Shown one piece after another: positions 41,711-54,962 of a stretch of 64,000 nucleotides of DNA. Source of the stretch: Nemertoderma westbladi (lineage: Eukaryota; Animalia; Xenacoelomorpha); assembly GCA_032718475.1 (NCBI GenBank), contig JAUCBJ010009095.1:25511-89510 (forward strand). Reading direction: 5' to 3'. The translations under genes were made by a program, and so were the position numbers. The notes beneath the pieces were generated by a model. That model had not been told where the DNA came from, did no database searches, and saw nothing but the letters and a program-made list of their open reading frames with translations. Numbering within the stretch: position 1 is the first letter of the stretch; the number at the start of each line of letters is the position of its first letter.

Positions 41711-42849
41711 TGTAAAGGCTTTTGCGTAATTAGCCGGTTATTTTACCCGTAAAGTACTCTGTAGTTGATTTAACAGGCATAAAGGCCGTGTCCTTACTGT
41801 ACTGTTGTTTTAGAGGACATAAAAGTCATTTCTTCTGTATGTGTACTTTAGCGGACATAATCCGACATTTTATGACGCAATATGCCGGATCCTCTTGAAA
41901 CAGTGTCGCTACCATGACGACGGCTAACAGCTGATATTGCCACGTAGAACATCTCTTTGTTCTTTGTTCTCTCTTTGTTCGGTCAACCAATCAGAGCGTT
42001 TTTTGCCTCTGTGTTGGATGGTAGATAGAAACTCGTGGAGTTGAATCAGTATGTGATTTCGTCCACAGCCTACAACACCGGCGTGGAACCTCCGTGTTTC
42101 AATCTTTAGTTCAACATTAGTAGGCTTAATTATAGAACGTATATCCGTTATCTTACATACCAAACCTTAACATATCATACATATCTTACTTAACATTACT
42201 GCTGTTGCTGTCTGTTATTCATTATATTTGTTGATGAAATATTATATTGGAATACTGATCAATAGTCAGACACCCCAATCTTCTTGATATACTAAAGGTT
42301 AGAGAGACCGGTTACATATAAACGATTGCGACTTATGTTAAGTGGTTTGAAGTGAATCTAATGCTATTTTATAGGCCCTACATGTATTGTCTGTTATTCT
42401 CTTTGTATGTGACTAAAATTAGTAAAGGTCGGCAGATTGGTGTGCAGCATTGTGTATGATTGTGATTGATAACGAAGCATTTCCTAAAGAATGCGCCATA
42501 TACGTGAATCTATAGCCATCCCATTGCGTCTGGTTTAAGTCATAACTCTGTTTATATATTTAGAGCGCCACGTCCTAAAGGAACTGTTAATATTTCCCGA
42601 AAGTGAATAGTATTTGTCAGAGATTATATATATTACGATCAGTCGAATAATACAGTAGACCTACCCCGCAATATGATTAGGCTTCCGAATCCAGTCTCCC
42701 GGGTATATCCAGCGGGTGAATGATCGCGCATAGACTGGTTTCGGCTAATGTAGTGTATCAAATATTTGTCGTAGGCTAAAGACTATCTATTATCTAGAAG
42801 ACATCCTAATTTGGCAGGTTAAACTGCTAAAGGTCTGAAAGCGCGAACA
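41711..42849 (+). repeat. 5' LTR (1139 bp)
   Basis: TGTAAAGGC...GCGCGAACA. Direct repeat of 56563-58109 with about 9 substitutions seen by eye. Confidence 0.97.
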
Positions 42850-42861
42850 ATAACGGATATA
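42850..42861 (+). promoter_or_regulatory. Putative primer-binding site of the self-priming type (ATAACGGATATA), complementary to LTR positions 42140-42151
   Basis: Directly abuts the LTR terminal CA; no TGG (anti-CCA) nearby; exact 12-nt reverse complement TATATCCGTTAT inside the LTR. Confidence 0.65.
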
Positions 42862-43130
42862 GCTTCTGTATTGCAGTAGGCAATAAAGCTGAAGTACCGG
42901 CCAACCGGTACCCAGTAGGCCTGACAACCTAACAACCTGGACCGGTACCTACAGCAGTACAGGTACAGCAGTATTATTCGAATTGATAATTATATACCGG
43001 TAGGCCTTAATATTGAATCAGGGAGGGCCCGCCCTGGTTTTTTATTGAGATTTTACTTGTTTCTGTCAAGTTTTATTTATTTGTAGGCCAATATTGAGCA
43101 GAAGGCGTGTAAGCCTGCTCAGATTGTACA

Positions 43131-43712
43131 GACAATTTGTAGGCTAGACTGTTGTCTGACTGTTGTTCAGTCAGAACGGATTGCAGTGTGTGTAGAGCAT
43201 CTGTCCGATAAAGTGCTAGTTAGGAACGTAGGGGCTTCAAGTGCTGTGAGGTAAACCCCCTGTGAAAGAATAAGTCGTACTACTAGGTTAGAACGCATAC
43301 TAACTAATCATTTCGGAGTCTGCATATACTGTAGTTTATTTAGGCTTGATAGTAGTCTGCCATCGTTTGGTCTGTACTTTGTTTGTGTAGTCTGTACAGG
43401 TAGCGTATAATTCTTATTTAGATAATTTGTAGGCTGGATAGTTGTCTGGCTGTTGTTGGGTCTGAAGAAATTTCGGTGTGTGTAGAGTGTATGTCCGATA
43501 AAGTGCCAGTTGGGAACGTAGGGGCTTCCAGTGCTGTGAGGTAAACCCCCTCTGAAAGAATAAGTTGTACTACTAGGTTAGAACGCATACTAACTAACCA
43601 TTTCGGAGTCTGCATATACCGTAGTTTGTTTAGGCTTGATAGTAGTCTGTCAGTATTTGGTCTGCATTTTGTTTGAGTAGTTTGTACGCGTAGCGTAATA
43701 TTTATTATTCAG
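43131..43712 (+). repeat. Two diverged ~290-bp tandem copies in the element's 5' leader
   Basis: GA(C/T)AATTTGTAGGCT at 43131 and 43421, followed by colinear sequence (GGAACGTAGGGGCTTC, GAAAGAATAAG, CATTTCGGAGTCTGCATATAC). Confidence 0.9.
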
Positions 43713-44654
43713 AGTTTATGCTATTATTCGCAACATTCATATCCCCAAGTTTATTCCTACAGTAATTGTGCTTGTTATACATACCGTTATAGTTAAACTA
43801 ACCCCGGTACTACATCAGGGCTGCTCGGCGTAGGTAAAGACTGGAGATTTTATGCTTTGGTCACTCCGGCAGATACCGTGGTTCTTTTAGCTGATCAAGT
43901 ATTTTTAACTACTGATTATTTGTTGTACAAGTACTTGTACCTAATTTAGGGTTTAGTGTACAGTGCTTTCCGAAGGTAATTAGCGTGTAGGCAGTATATT
44001 TGTGTTGTAAAGTGGTTAATAGGCACGTTGGTTCTGGTAGACCGCGGTAATTAACTTCTGGGTAGGAACACTCCGTGATACATAACGTAGTACCTATAGC
44101 GATACGGCTATAGGTCGTCAGACGGTGGTATTTTTCCTATCTGGACAGCGCAATATATTTACTACTACTTATTATTTTCAAATACCGTAGTAACCTGTCC
44201 GTTGTAATAACCAGATATTCTAACCCTTTGTTAGGCTGGTTAGTAGACTTCTTGTAAAATTACCCTAAAAATTCGTACTAGTAAATTTTTGTGTTTATTT
44301 AGAGATTGTAATCTCACCCCGAATTGTACGTAAATTTGTAGTATTAAGTAACTTAGGTAAATTAGAATTATTTGTTTTAGTGTCCAACAAGTAGCACTTC
44401 ACTGAGAGCGCACAGCTTCTGTGTAGTGACTCCCCCAGAAATAATAACATTTATTTCAAATATTGACAAAAACCCATTAAACGGGTATATATATATTATA
44501 AATCAACTCAAACGATTTATAAATAGTAGGCCTGCCATACAACAACTAGGTCTCAATATCAGTTGGACTACTGCTTAACTAACGGTAATAAAGTAAGTTA
44601 AAGTAACCAAGTAACCCTTAAAATTCAGAAATTCAATTATTTAAAATAATTGAC

Positions 44655-45030
44655 ATACCGGTATTCACGATAGGCTTATTATATTTATTTCTATAAATTT
44701 AGGCTGAAATCATACCGGTATTCTGTAATTAATTCTAGTCTGTAATTATACTTATATATATACATTATAAGTGTAAGCTGTATACCGGTATTTACGATAG
44801 GCCTATTATATATTTATAAATTTAGGCTGTAATTATACCGGTATTCTGTAATTAATTCTAGTTGATAATTATACTTATATATACTATAAGTGTAAACTGC
44901 ATACCGGTATTCACGATAGGCCTATTATATATTTATATATATTTGTGCTGAGATTACCTACCGGTATTCTGTGACAAACCTAGTCTGTAATAATACTTAT
45001 ATATACTATAAGCATACCGGTATTCTAATA
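44655..45030 (+). repeat. About three copies of a ~120-bp unit (two subunits each starting ATACCGGTATT) just upstream of the gag start
   Basis: ATACCGGTATT(C/T)ACGATAGGC at about 44655, 44782 and 44901, alternating with TACCGGTATTCTGT subunits. Confidence 0.85.
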
Positions 45031-45159
45031 TATTATATATATATCACGCTACACTGAGTAGCAGTATCGGTAATTAATTACTAGGCTAACGGTGATACTG
45101 AATTACTAGACTTGCTTAAACTGTAATATAGCAGTAGGCATTCAACTGTACAAACCAAT

Positions 45160-48100
45160 ATGTCTGACACAAAGCAAAACCTGTCAGACAGTCTCCTAGA
45201 TACAACCATATGTGACCCAGACAGGAGTGTGGAATGTGTAGGACCGAAGTTCAACTCACCTCCTACTGTAAGAAAGATCATCCCTCCCGTAGTAATATCA
45301 GACCCTAGGCTAGTCCAACATCGTAGGTCTATCATAGGCACTCAGGCTCAGGTCAAGCGGGACCAAGAAGCAGCGGAACAGCAACAACCCACGAGCCAAG
45401 AACTTATTTCTCAACGGCCCGACAGCTCCAGTAGTGAGGATACTGTAGAGCTGACACCCGAGCGCGGAGCAAAGATGACGGATGCGGTTTATTCAGATCC
45501 CCTTCTCATCCTTCCTGCAGCCGTACTCACTAGGTTATTGATTGCGGTGGAAGAACACCAGATCGATTGGGTGAGAAGTAAGCGATCGACTAAAGATAGT
45601 TATGCGGGATACACAAGGGAAGAACTGAAGTCTATTGTTGAGTCGCAATGGAACTTCCCCGGACCCGGACTACCGTTTGACTTATCAGAAGCTGCCTGGG
45701 AAGATATATACAGGATGGGAGTAACCAAGGAAACCATCGATCCAGCTGTGTGGAAGAGGTCCGCAGCCGGATACGTACAGGGATTCTTCAGCTCCATGGA
45801 TCGATTAGAAAAACAACTGTTTCAACAACCCCAAGGACCTCAAGAGCAGGGACAGCTGCTTTATCAAGTTAGAGAAAGAATTCTGCGAATCAGGCTAATC
45901 TTATCGGCCTTTGAGGAGGCTTCTAAAAGAAGACAAGACACGGCGTTGCAAGTTGCCGTAAAGACTTGGTTTCAACGGGTGAGTCTCCAGGTTCAAGGAA
46001 CGGCTCAGTGGAAAGCTCAGCTGGAGGAGCGCTCAACCCATGGAGAATCAACAGACGCTACTTTTTCCCAAGTGGAAAGTGAAGCGACGGCAGAGAAACC
46101 GCATAAGAGGGATGCCATTGACATCTATCTGTCAGACTATCAACGTTTTTTAGGTGATGAAGAGTTGAGGAGAAGGCTGGATGGACTTAGCCCTAATAGT
46201 GAAGGAACCCAGCGTGTGTTGGACGCCATCGATGTGGATATGAGAGCTGCGAACCAAGCTAAATTTGATGAACAACTCCGCATCGCTAGAGTCCAAGAAG
46301 AACAAGTAAAGAAAAAAGGTATAGAAGACAGAAAGATAGCAGCAGCGGCAGCAGCAGAAGCAGAAGCAGAAAGAAAGGCGGCAGAAGCAGCGGCAGAGGC
46401 AAAGGCGGCAGCGGCAGAGGCAAAAGCGGCAGAGGCAAAGGCGGCAGCGGCAGAGGCAAAAGCGGCAGCAGCGGCAGAAGCGGAAAGAAAGATAGCGGTG
46501 GCAGAAGCAGAACGGAGAGCGGCTGAAGAGATCGCCCAACTAGAGTTGGAAAATCTTCAAGAGAGGCAAGATAATTTTAATAAACAGTTAACAGCTAGTA
46601 ATATGCAGATGATGAGTCGATCTACTCCCAAAAGACAGGGTTATACATCATCTGAGGAAGGCGATACCACCGATCATGAAAGCGGAGGAAATAGATCTCG
46701 TCTAAGCAGACGTAGAAGAATATCCCACCGCCAGAAACTGCCTGATTTGCCCCCAGCTGTTAGAAAACAACTAAATAACCCAAACTTAGGTAGTACAGAA
46801 CCCACAGACCAAATAATTGAAATAGAAAGACTCCCTACTATAGTAGATGAGCCTGAAATAATTAGGCCTGTTCTTGAAATCACCCCTTCGGTGATAGAGA
46901 CACCTGTGCTCCCAGAACCCACCTTTAAATTCCCTTTACATAGCACCAAATTATCTGTGCCTAGAGGAACAGCCCCTGAAACAGTGTCGGTCCTTGACTC
47001 CGAGCGAAATATAAAGGATATATCGCCCGTAGTCCCTCGTCTGCCCGCTACGACGTTGGCGGATCCCGCTTCGGCGGTTGATTGGGTAGACGAGAGACGG
47101 CGGGGGATGGATATTCTCCTCGGAAAGATGGAGGAGAATCGAGTGCGCTCCTCCCAACAGGTCTGAGAGTTAGAAGGGACTATTCAACAGTTAAAGGGAA
47201 CCGTAAAGGAAAGTAGGTTAGAGTTGCAAGAAGTGCAGCAAAGTATCGCGCTAGAACGTGATAAATTAGTAAATCTACAAAAGGGTATATCACCACCCTC
47301 TGTAACAATATGTCAACCCGTTAGGTCTGAAGTATCTCATGCGCAAGGTGTGGAGCCTACACGCATCTATACTGCTAGCGAAGTAGAAACTCCTATAGTA
47401 AACCCTATTAAGGGTAATTATAGACCTGTTGATAGTGATATTCCCTATAGACCTAACCTATAGACCGAGAAATTTATATACCGATAACTCGATATTAAAT
47501 AACACGATGGCCCAAGAAAGTTTTACGCGTCAAATGGCTAGAACCGAAGCCCGGCAAGCGGTAAAGGTGGGAGAGATCGTCAAGTTCAATGGAGATGAGA
47601 TGAAATGGTTACCTTTTAATGAATATTATAAAGATAACATTCAGAACTCTGTACTATCTAATGGAGAGAAACTTAGATTCCTCATCGAGTGCTTGGAAGG
47701 ATCTCCCAAGTTAATGGCGTTAAAGTTTATTGGACATCCAGACGGATTAAGACAAGTTTGGGATATACTAAACATCAGGTATGGTAATAGGAATAACATA
47801 GCTAAATATTTGTATGCAAAATTAGTAGCGCCCCGAAAGTTCATTAGCAGCGGGATAATAGAGTTTTCCGATGAGATTCAAGAGATCTGTAGACAATTAG
47901 ATTGGTTAGGTAAGTCTCATGAATATCAGAGTTCTATGGTTATTGGAGCCGTGGCTTCTACTTTACCGAAGGGTGGAGTAGGTACACGCTGGGATAAGAA
48001 AATGTTATATATGATGGAACAACAACGACGAGACCCTACCATGGCTGATCTCATGTCATTCCTAGATGGAGAAGTGAAATTACAGCTCCTAAAACTGTCC

Positions 48101-51100
48101 AGAGAGAAGACACCGGAAAACAAGGTAAGTGAGAAACCCGTCTCTAGGAGAAAGGTAACACCAGTGTGTTATACAGACGACGGCGAAAGCCAGACTTCTC
48201 AAGGAGAGGATAGCGGGAAAGACACTGAAAGATCTTATTATGTCAATAAAATGCCTAAAGATCAGGTAAGTAAATGCAAGTCTCGAACCAATGACAGGAG
48301 AGAACAGGTAAGAAAAACTCCTCCTACGTCTCCCAAGAGAATTCAGGTGAGAAAGCCCGAAGAAAGAACGAGTGTGCACAATGTTATTCAAAATAAGGTA
48401 AGTAACATCAAACCGAAATGTGCGCTATGTGACGGGACCCACCGCTTGAATATGTGTGATGAATTCCTGAAGAAATCATTAACGGAGAGACGGGAAGTCA
48501 TGTGGGATAAGCGGTTGTGTTATAATTGCCTCAGACAAGGACACCAACGGCGAACCTGTTACTCCGACACAAGGTGTGCAAAGTGCGGTGCGAAACATCA
48601 TATCTTGTTGCACACTGAATTCGAGCGAAATAGTCCGAGTCAGGTAAGTGATTCCGAACTACATGTCCAATTCAGTGATGTGAACGACACTGATCAATCT
48701 GAGATGGAAGGATTCTATACGGACGAGTTCTCCGATGAAAACGAATCCTGTTACATGATAAATACCGCAGTGTATCGAGCACTCACGTATGAAAAAGATA
48801 CAGACAGCGACCTCACTCTAACTACTTCTGATCGACAACCATCTTGGAAAGCGCCAACTTCCAATGTAGGAATCCGAGAATTTCCTGTAGTACAGGTAAG
48901 GGTCCATGGACCTAAAAGGAGTTATGTAGTGAACGCCCTCCTTGACTCCGGTAGTACAGGAACACTCATCGACAAAGAACTAGCCGAAGACATCTTTGTT
49001 GGACAACCAAAGTTCCGAACTAAGCTAAACATGTCAGGAATTATGCAGGTTTGGAAATCTACAGTAATAGCGGATTATTATGTAGGTGCGTTGTCCACCC
49101 CCCAGGATGAACTAGGAGAACATAGTATAAGGTCAGTAAAAATGGTGGCAATAAAGAACTTCGCTACCACCCAAGTGGAACCTTATAACTGGGATGAGGA
49201 CGATTTCACCCAGCAACTGGAAATACCTAGATTCAACACCGATTACCCTGGAGTGCAAATACTCATCGGTCAAAACGCGCATGAAGCGCTCGAGACATTG
49301 GAGAAACGGCCCGCTCAACCGCAACCATTACAACCTTATGCGGGAAGAACTAAAGTGGGTTGGTACTTTACTGGCCCTTCCCGTAGAACTCTCATGGAAA
49401 GATTACCGAAAGATCAGGTATATCAAGTGCGAGAATGGGAAGTTGAGAACAGTGAGTTAGACGATCCAACTGAGGGAACTCCATACTCCTCAGACAACGA
49501 CGATATACACCAACTCTTCGATGAGGAGAATACAATCGATCTCCTTCAGGAAAACGAGACTTGGCAAAACCAAGTGAACTTATGTCAACTCCTTCTTCCA
49601 TCAGAACGAGACGACTATAACGACGAGCTTAACGACGTCATTGAACGTTATAATACCAAGACTCGGGATGAACATGCCGTACGATTCTTTACTCAAGAGG
49701 CTGTAGAGCCCAACTCCTACGATAAGGCCCTATCGGTAGAGGAAGAAAGAGCCAAGCAGATCCAAGCGACAACTACCCGTTTTCTTAAAGATCAAGGTAG
49801 ATATGAGATCGGTCTACCTTTCCGAAAGCGAGAACCAAAGTTCGTAAACAACAGACCCTTGGCGGAGAAAAGAATTGCTCAACTACATCGACGCCTTACG
49901 GCAAATTCTTCAGCTAAAGAAATGTATCAAACGCAGTTGAAGAAGTTTATTAGCAAGGGATATGCGGAGCTAGTACCGGAAGAAACACCTATAACTGAGA
50001 GAACGTATTATTTAACTCACCATTACGTTCCCAAACCCGGTAAACCCCATGAAGTACGAGTGGTGTTTGACGGCTCCGCCCTCTATATGGGCCAATCCCT
50101 TAATTCCGAATTGTTACCCGGACCCAACTTACTCAAATCATTGTTGGGAATAAATACTTTTAAGATTAAGACAATATTCCATTGCTTTCGCCTCAGATAT
50201 AGAAGGCATGTTCTTACAAGTCAAAGCGCTGGATAGGGATCGAGATAGCCTACGATTTCTGTGGTGGCCTGAAGGAGACCTCAACCAGAAACCGGTGGAG
50301 TACTGGATGACCATCCAAGCTTTTGGGATAATCTCGAGCCCTTCAAACGCCTGTTCCGTGGTGCGCACCACTGCGGATGACAACCGAGACGCCTTCTCTA
50401 AAGAGGTGATTGACAACATTAAGCGGGATATATACATGGACGACAATCTAAAGTCCCTTCCATCAGTCGAAGAAGCCATTGACGTCGCTAAAGGAACGGT
50501 AGAGTGCTTAAAAAGAGGTGGATTTCGATTAACTAAATTCATCAGCAACTCCCGTGAGTTTCTGGAGTCGATCCCGGTAGAAGATCGAGGAGCAAAAGAC
50601 CTAGATCTAATAAAGGATGATCTCCCAGAAACTAAGACTCTTGGTTTGAAATGGGACACCGAAAGAGATATCCTGTTTTTCCAACTAAAACAGCGAGATA
50701 ATCCAGTTCGGACTAAACGGATTTGTTTAAGTATCCTGAGCACTTATTTCGATCCATTGGGATTTATTAGCCCAGTTATATTGATTGCTCGGAGTTTAGT
50801 ACAACAAATGTGGCTTGAAAACCACTCATGGGACGATCCACTTAAGGGAGAATTGTTAAAGAAGTGGATGAAATGGGAAGATTCTCTACCAGCCATCGAG
50901 AACTTTATAATTTCCCGTTCATATTTTGGTCATGTTCTCCCTACGTATTCCTATCAACTCCATGTGTTTGGAGACGCCAGCGATATGGGAATAGGTATAG
51001 TAGCCTACCTAAGGGTGGAAACTCCGGACGGAATCAAAGTCGCCTTGGTTACCTCTAAGGCATTGATAAACAACAAGTTGAAAGTTCCTCGAGCGGAGTT

Positions 51101-53318
51101 AAAAGCGGCTCTATACGCTACAGCCATCGGCCGGAATGTAACAGAACAGATCGACTATCCACTGGAGAAAACTGTCTATTGGACCGACGCTTTACTCGTG
51201 TTGGAGTATATAACCAATGAAGTCTGTCAGTTCAGCGTCTTCGTTACCAATAGAGTAGCCATTATACTCAGTCGTACAACAATGGATCAATGGAGACATT
51301 GCCCCGGAACGATTAACCCAGCAGACATCGCCTCCAGGGGAGCAACTCCACAAGAACTGGTAGATACTCCAGACTGGCTAGGTGGACCCGACTTCCTCTA
51401 CAAAGAAGAAGAAGAATGGCCTCCTCATCTTACTACCACAGAGATTAGACAGGCCAAGGGAGCGGAGAAAGTCAAACCTAAAACTCGAGCGAGTAAATCG
51501 AAGTTATTCAAACCTATGGTAGATCTGTCTGTACTACATACTTCCGGAGACGACGCTTTGGATCAGAAACCCACAGCCACAAATAAACTTGTTGTGGAAA
51601 TCCGTGAGAAGGATTGGAAATCTGGAATACCAGACGTCTCGCAAGGACTCTCACCTCTTCTGCAGAGAGCGATACATCACTACAGTTCCTGGAATCGGCT
51701 CTGTAAGGCCGTTACATATTTAAAGAGATGTTTTCACCATCACTACTCCGGGATGAAGGCCAAAGGTGATACCGCTCCAATAACATCAGTGCAGGTCCAT
51801 GTTATTAAAGATCTTCCCAAATATAAGATACCCGACAGGTTTCTGAAGGAGAAGATCAGTTATCAGGAGCATGAAGAAACCAACAAGCAGATGCTGAGAC
51901 TCCTGCAATGCTATGAAGATTCCGATAAGTATTTCCTGTTGTTAAGAAATCCACAGATGCGCTTAAGGGATCGTTTCTCTAGCACAATGATAGATGGGTT
52001 GATACGTGTTGGAGGAAGATTAACGAATGCCCCATTATCCTTTGATACTAAGTTCCCCATACTCATTAGAAATCTTGAAATACAAGTCAAGATGATTGTA
52101 GATGTTCACAGCAAACTTTATCATGCTGGTAGGGAACGAGTTCTTAGCGAAATTCGAACTCGCTATTATTTTTATAAACCCCGTAGAGCTCTGAACCAAG
52201 TTCTTAGGAACTGTATACCCTGTAGGAAAGCATTCAGTAGGCCTTTAACACAGCGAGAGGCAGAATTACCTAGGGAACGAGTAAGCTTCTATGAACCACC
52301 CTTTACTAATACCGGTGTGGATTTATTTGGCCCTATTGAAGTATATCGTGCTAGGACTATAGTCAAGAGATGGTGTGTAATCTTTGTTTGTATGACTTGT
52401 AGAGCTATCCATCTCGATATGGTGAACGATTTATCGACCAACAGCTTCCTATTAAGCTTACGATGACAGATCGCTCGCTTTGGCACTAGTAACACGATGA
52501 GATCTGATAAGGGAACTAACTTCATTGGTGCCAACAATGAAATCAAAGCTTACGTCAAAGATTGGAACCAAAGACAGGTGGACGATCAGCTACGAGTAAC
52601 AGCGTCTAGCTGGACCTTCAACGCCGCCGACGCCCCTTGGTGGGGAGGAAGTTGGGAGAGATTAATAAGAAGTGTGAAGACAGCATTTCACTTTATAGTG
52701 CCTTGCCGCGCGTATCTCACCGACGAACTTTTGCGGACGTTAATGGAGGAAATCGCCGCCTATCTCAACGAGAGACCGCTTATGCCAGTCTCATCGAGTC
52801 CCGATTCCCTGGAAGCGCTAACACCCGCGCATTTCCTACTGAAGAAACCTGTAGCCATGCTCCCACAATCGGAAATCACAGACGGAGACGAATACTGCCG
52901 GCAAACTTGGCAACTCATGCAGTTGTTATCCCGTCGTTTCGCTGATCATTTCGAAAAACATTATCTGCCCACGCTACAACTTCGAACTAAGTGGTTTGCG
53001 CAGCAAGAAAACGTCAGCGCTGGAGACATGGTTCTTATTGTGTATGTAGATCTTCCACGTAAGCGGTGGCAGACAGGTCGTATCATCGAGACTCACATCT
53101 CTGATGATGGTTTGGTGCGATCGGTAGAACTCGTCGTCATGCGACGTAACTTCAAGAAACCGGGAATTGTCTTCGAGACGCAGCAGCTCAATCGCCCAGT
53201 TGGTCGCTTATGTTTACTGGAAAGAGACAGAGCACTCTCCGGAAACTATGGGAGGCAAGATACTCTTCCCACGACCACCTCCCTAATCCAACAAACATCT
53301 AGGGACTCCCCAACTTAA
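45160..53318 (+). pseudogene. BEL/Pao gag-pol polyprotein, apparently one original ORF of about 2700 codons, now broken by TGA stops (47164-47166, 52464-52466) and two small duplication frameshifts (~47450, ~50150)
   Basis: Gag core (FNGDEMKWLPF...EKLRFLIECLEG...LNIRYGN, DUF1759-like); three zinc knuckles (CALCDGTHRLNMC, CYNCLRQGHQRRTC, CAKCGAKHHILLH); protease ALLDSGS; RT RVVFDGS / SDIEGMFLQV / IYMDDNL; RNase H LHVFGDAS, PRAEL, YWTDA, NPADIASRG; integrase HSKLYH...CIPC, GVDLFGP, SDKGTNF, PWWGGSWERLIRSVK; DUF5641-like C-terminus. Confidence 0.96.
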
Positions 53319-53834
53319 CAACGGCTGGAGTGGGTGTGTGACTATATTTTATATTTGTCTTATTATTTTATATTTATGTATGTATTATTATGTAATTTTA
53401 TTATAATCGTTTTATTTAATTTTATTTAGTAGAATGTTATTTTAGCGATTATTTAGTAGATTAGTGCAATATATATTCGTGTTTATTGCGTAATTACTTA
53501 TATTATATATTTAGTGCGACGGCGAGAAATAATTATTTTCCTCTTTCCTTACTGCCCGTATTACATAATGAATACGTAACTACAGTAAGATGAAATGTCC
53601 GTACTTATTAAAGTACAATAAAGCCACTACTATATTCAAGTATTATTGGTAGGCAGAGTATTAGGAATGCAAAGTTCAGATCCTCGTGTCTCGGCTAAAC
53701 CAAGCTCTGGGTAGACCTTGGAAACGACTTGCCTCTTCACACTGACATTGCTTCGTGCGATATTGCTCTCATACCGTATATTAAATAATACATATAGTAG
53801 CGTGATGTCCCTTTAACAGTAGCGTAAAACGCAA

Positions 53835-54165
53835 AATAAATCTGTTAAACCCTTTGACCATCTGCAATTCTAGTCGATTAAGATATCGCGGCACCCACCG
53901 ATATACTTGAAAGACAAAATTCTAGAATCAGTGGTTAACGTCCCCAGACAAGTTCTGGAATAAACTGGTGCCCATCCTAAATATTAATTATTAATATTTA
54001 CAAAATCTGTCAAATATCAGATCCTTTAAAAATCTAGTCGATTAAGATATCGTAGCACTTACCGATATTCTTAAAAAGACAAATTCCTAGAATCTAGGAT
54101 CCCAGTCCCCAGACACATTCTGGAATAAAATTACGTCTATTTAACATTAAATAATAAAATTTACG
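53835..54165 (+). repeat. Two diverged ~164-bp tandem copies downstream of integrase
   Basis: TCTAGTCGATTAAGATATCG at 53869 and 54033, each followed by GACAAA..TAGAATC and GTCCCCAGACA..TTCTGGAATAAA. Confidence 0.85.
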
Positions 54166-54962
54166 GGAATAAATTTAAATTCATATATTTCAATGAATTT
54201 AATAAATTGTCATTTTATACAATTTATAACATTCCCAAAATTCCATTAATTAATAGATCATGGGAGCGGAGATTCACTTTATTAAGTGTATTTGTGTGCG
54301 AGAATCTCCAATATATAGTCAATAGCCGATAAAATTCATAAAATCATATATAGAGAGGATAGTGACAATTAAAGAATTACTATTAAATGGCATCCCAGAT
54401 CTGTATGCATGAGAAGTACCCTAATTCTACCGCTAGCTTTCCATAATGTCACCATGGCAACAACCACGCTAGAATTAGAAGTGAGTTAAAAGAACAATAG
54501 AAGGCTTGCCCCATTGAATAGCATACGGAATAAATAGCACACCGCTAGTATCCAAGGATACACAATAACACCGTGACATTCTGGAAAGCACTTGACTAAC
54601 AGACAAATGACCCGAATGTGTGATAGAATGTGTACAATTTGTGACAGTTACGTGGAATTTGTGCGTTTGTAGGTGAATGTTACTACTAAGGTGTGTTTAC
54701 AGTAGCGAGTCGCAATTGTGAAAGTAACCCTAACTCTCCAGTAATAACCTGAAGTATATCTAAGCCTTTGGGACGGACGGTGGAGTGGCTCGTGCTAGTT
54801 GTTGTAGTCGTTGTGCAGCTACGACGTTGGCGATAGGCACATCGGCGAAAGTACACCAGCGCTGAGGATCTCGCACTGTCCGGGGGCAGAGAGGGGTAGG
54901 CAGCGACGCCCGCTCGCCTAAATATAAACTCATTATAATATGGATAAACTTATATAGCAGAT

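Noticed and set aside
41924-42163. 79-aa minus-strand ORF duplicated at 56776..57015
   Set aside because: Lies inside the LTRs, so the duplication is expected; non-ATG start and no recognisable motif.
47164-50210. Programmed readthrough or ribosomal frameshifting at the gag-pol breaks
   Set aside because: The breaks coincide with local 13-bp and 4-bp duplications or probable CGA>TGA changes, and some fall inside conserved domains; simple inactivating mutations explain them.
45081-52945. Short antisense and alternate-frame ORFs overlapping gag-pol, including the Cys/Arg-rich 46150..46539
   Set aside because: Shadow frames of the real coding strand; the CRC pattern is the complement of the GCA/GCG alanine repeat.
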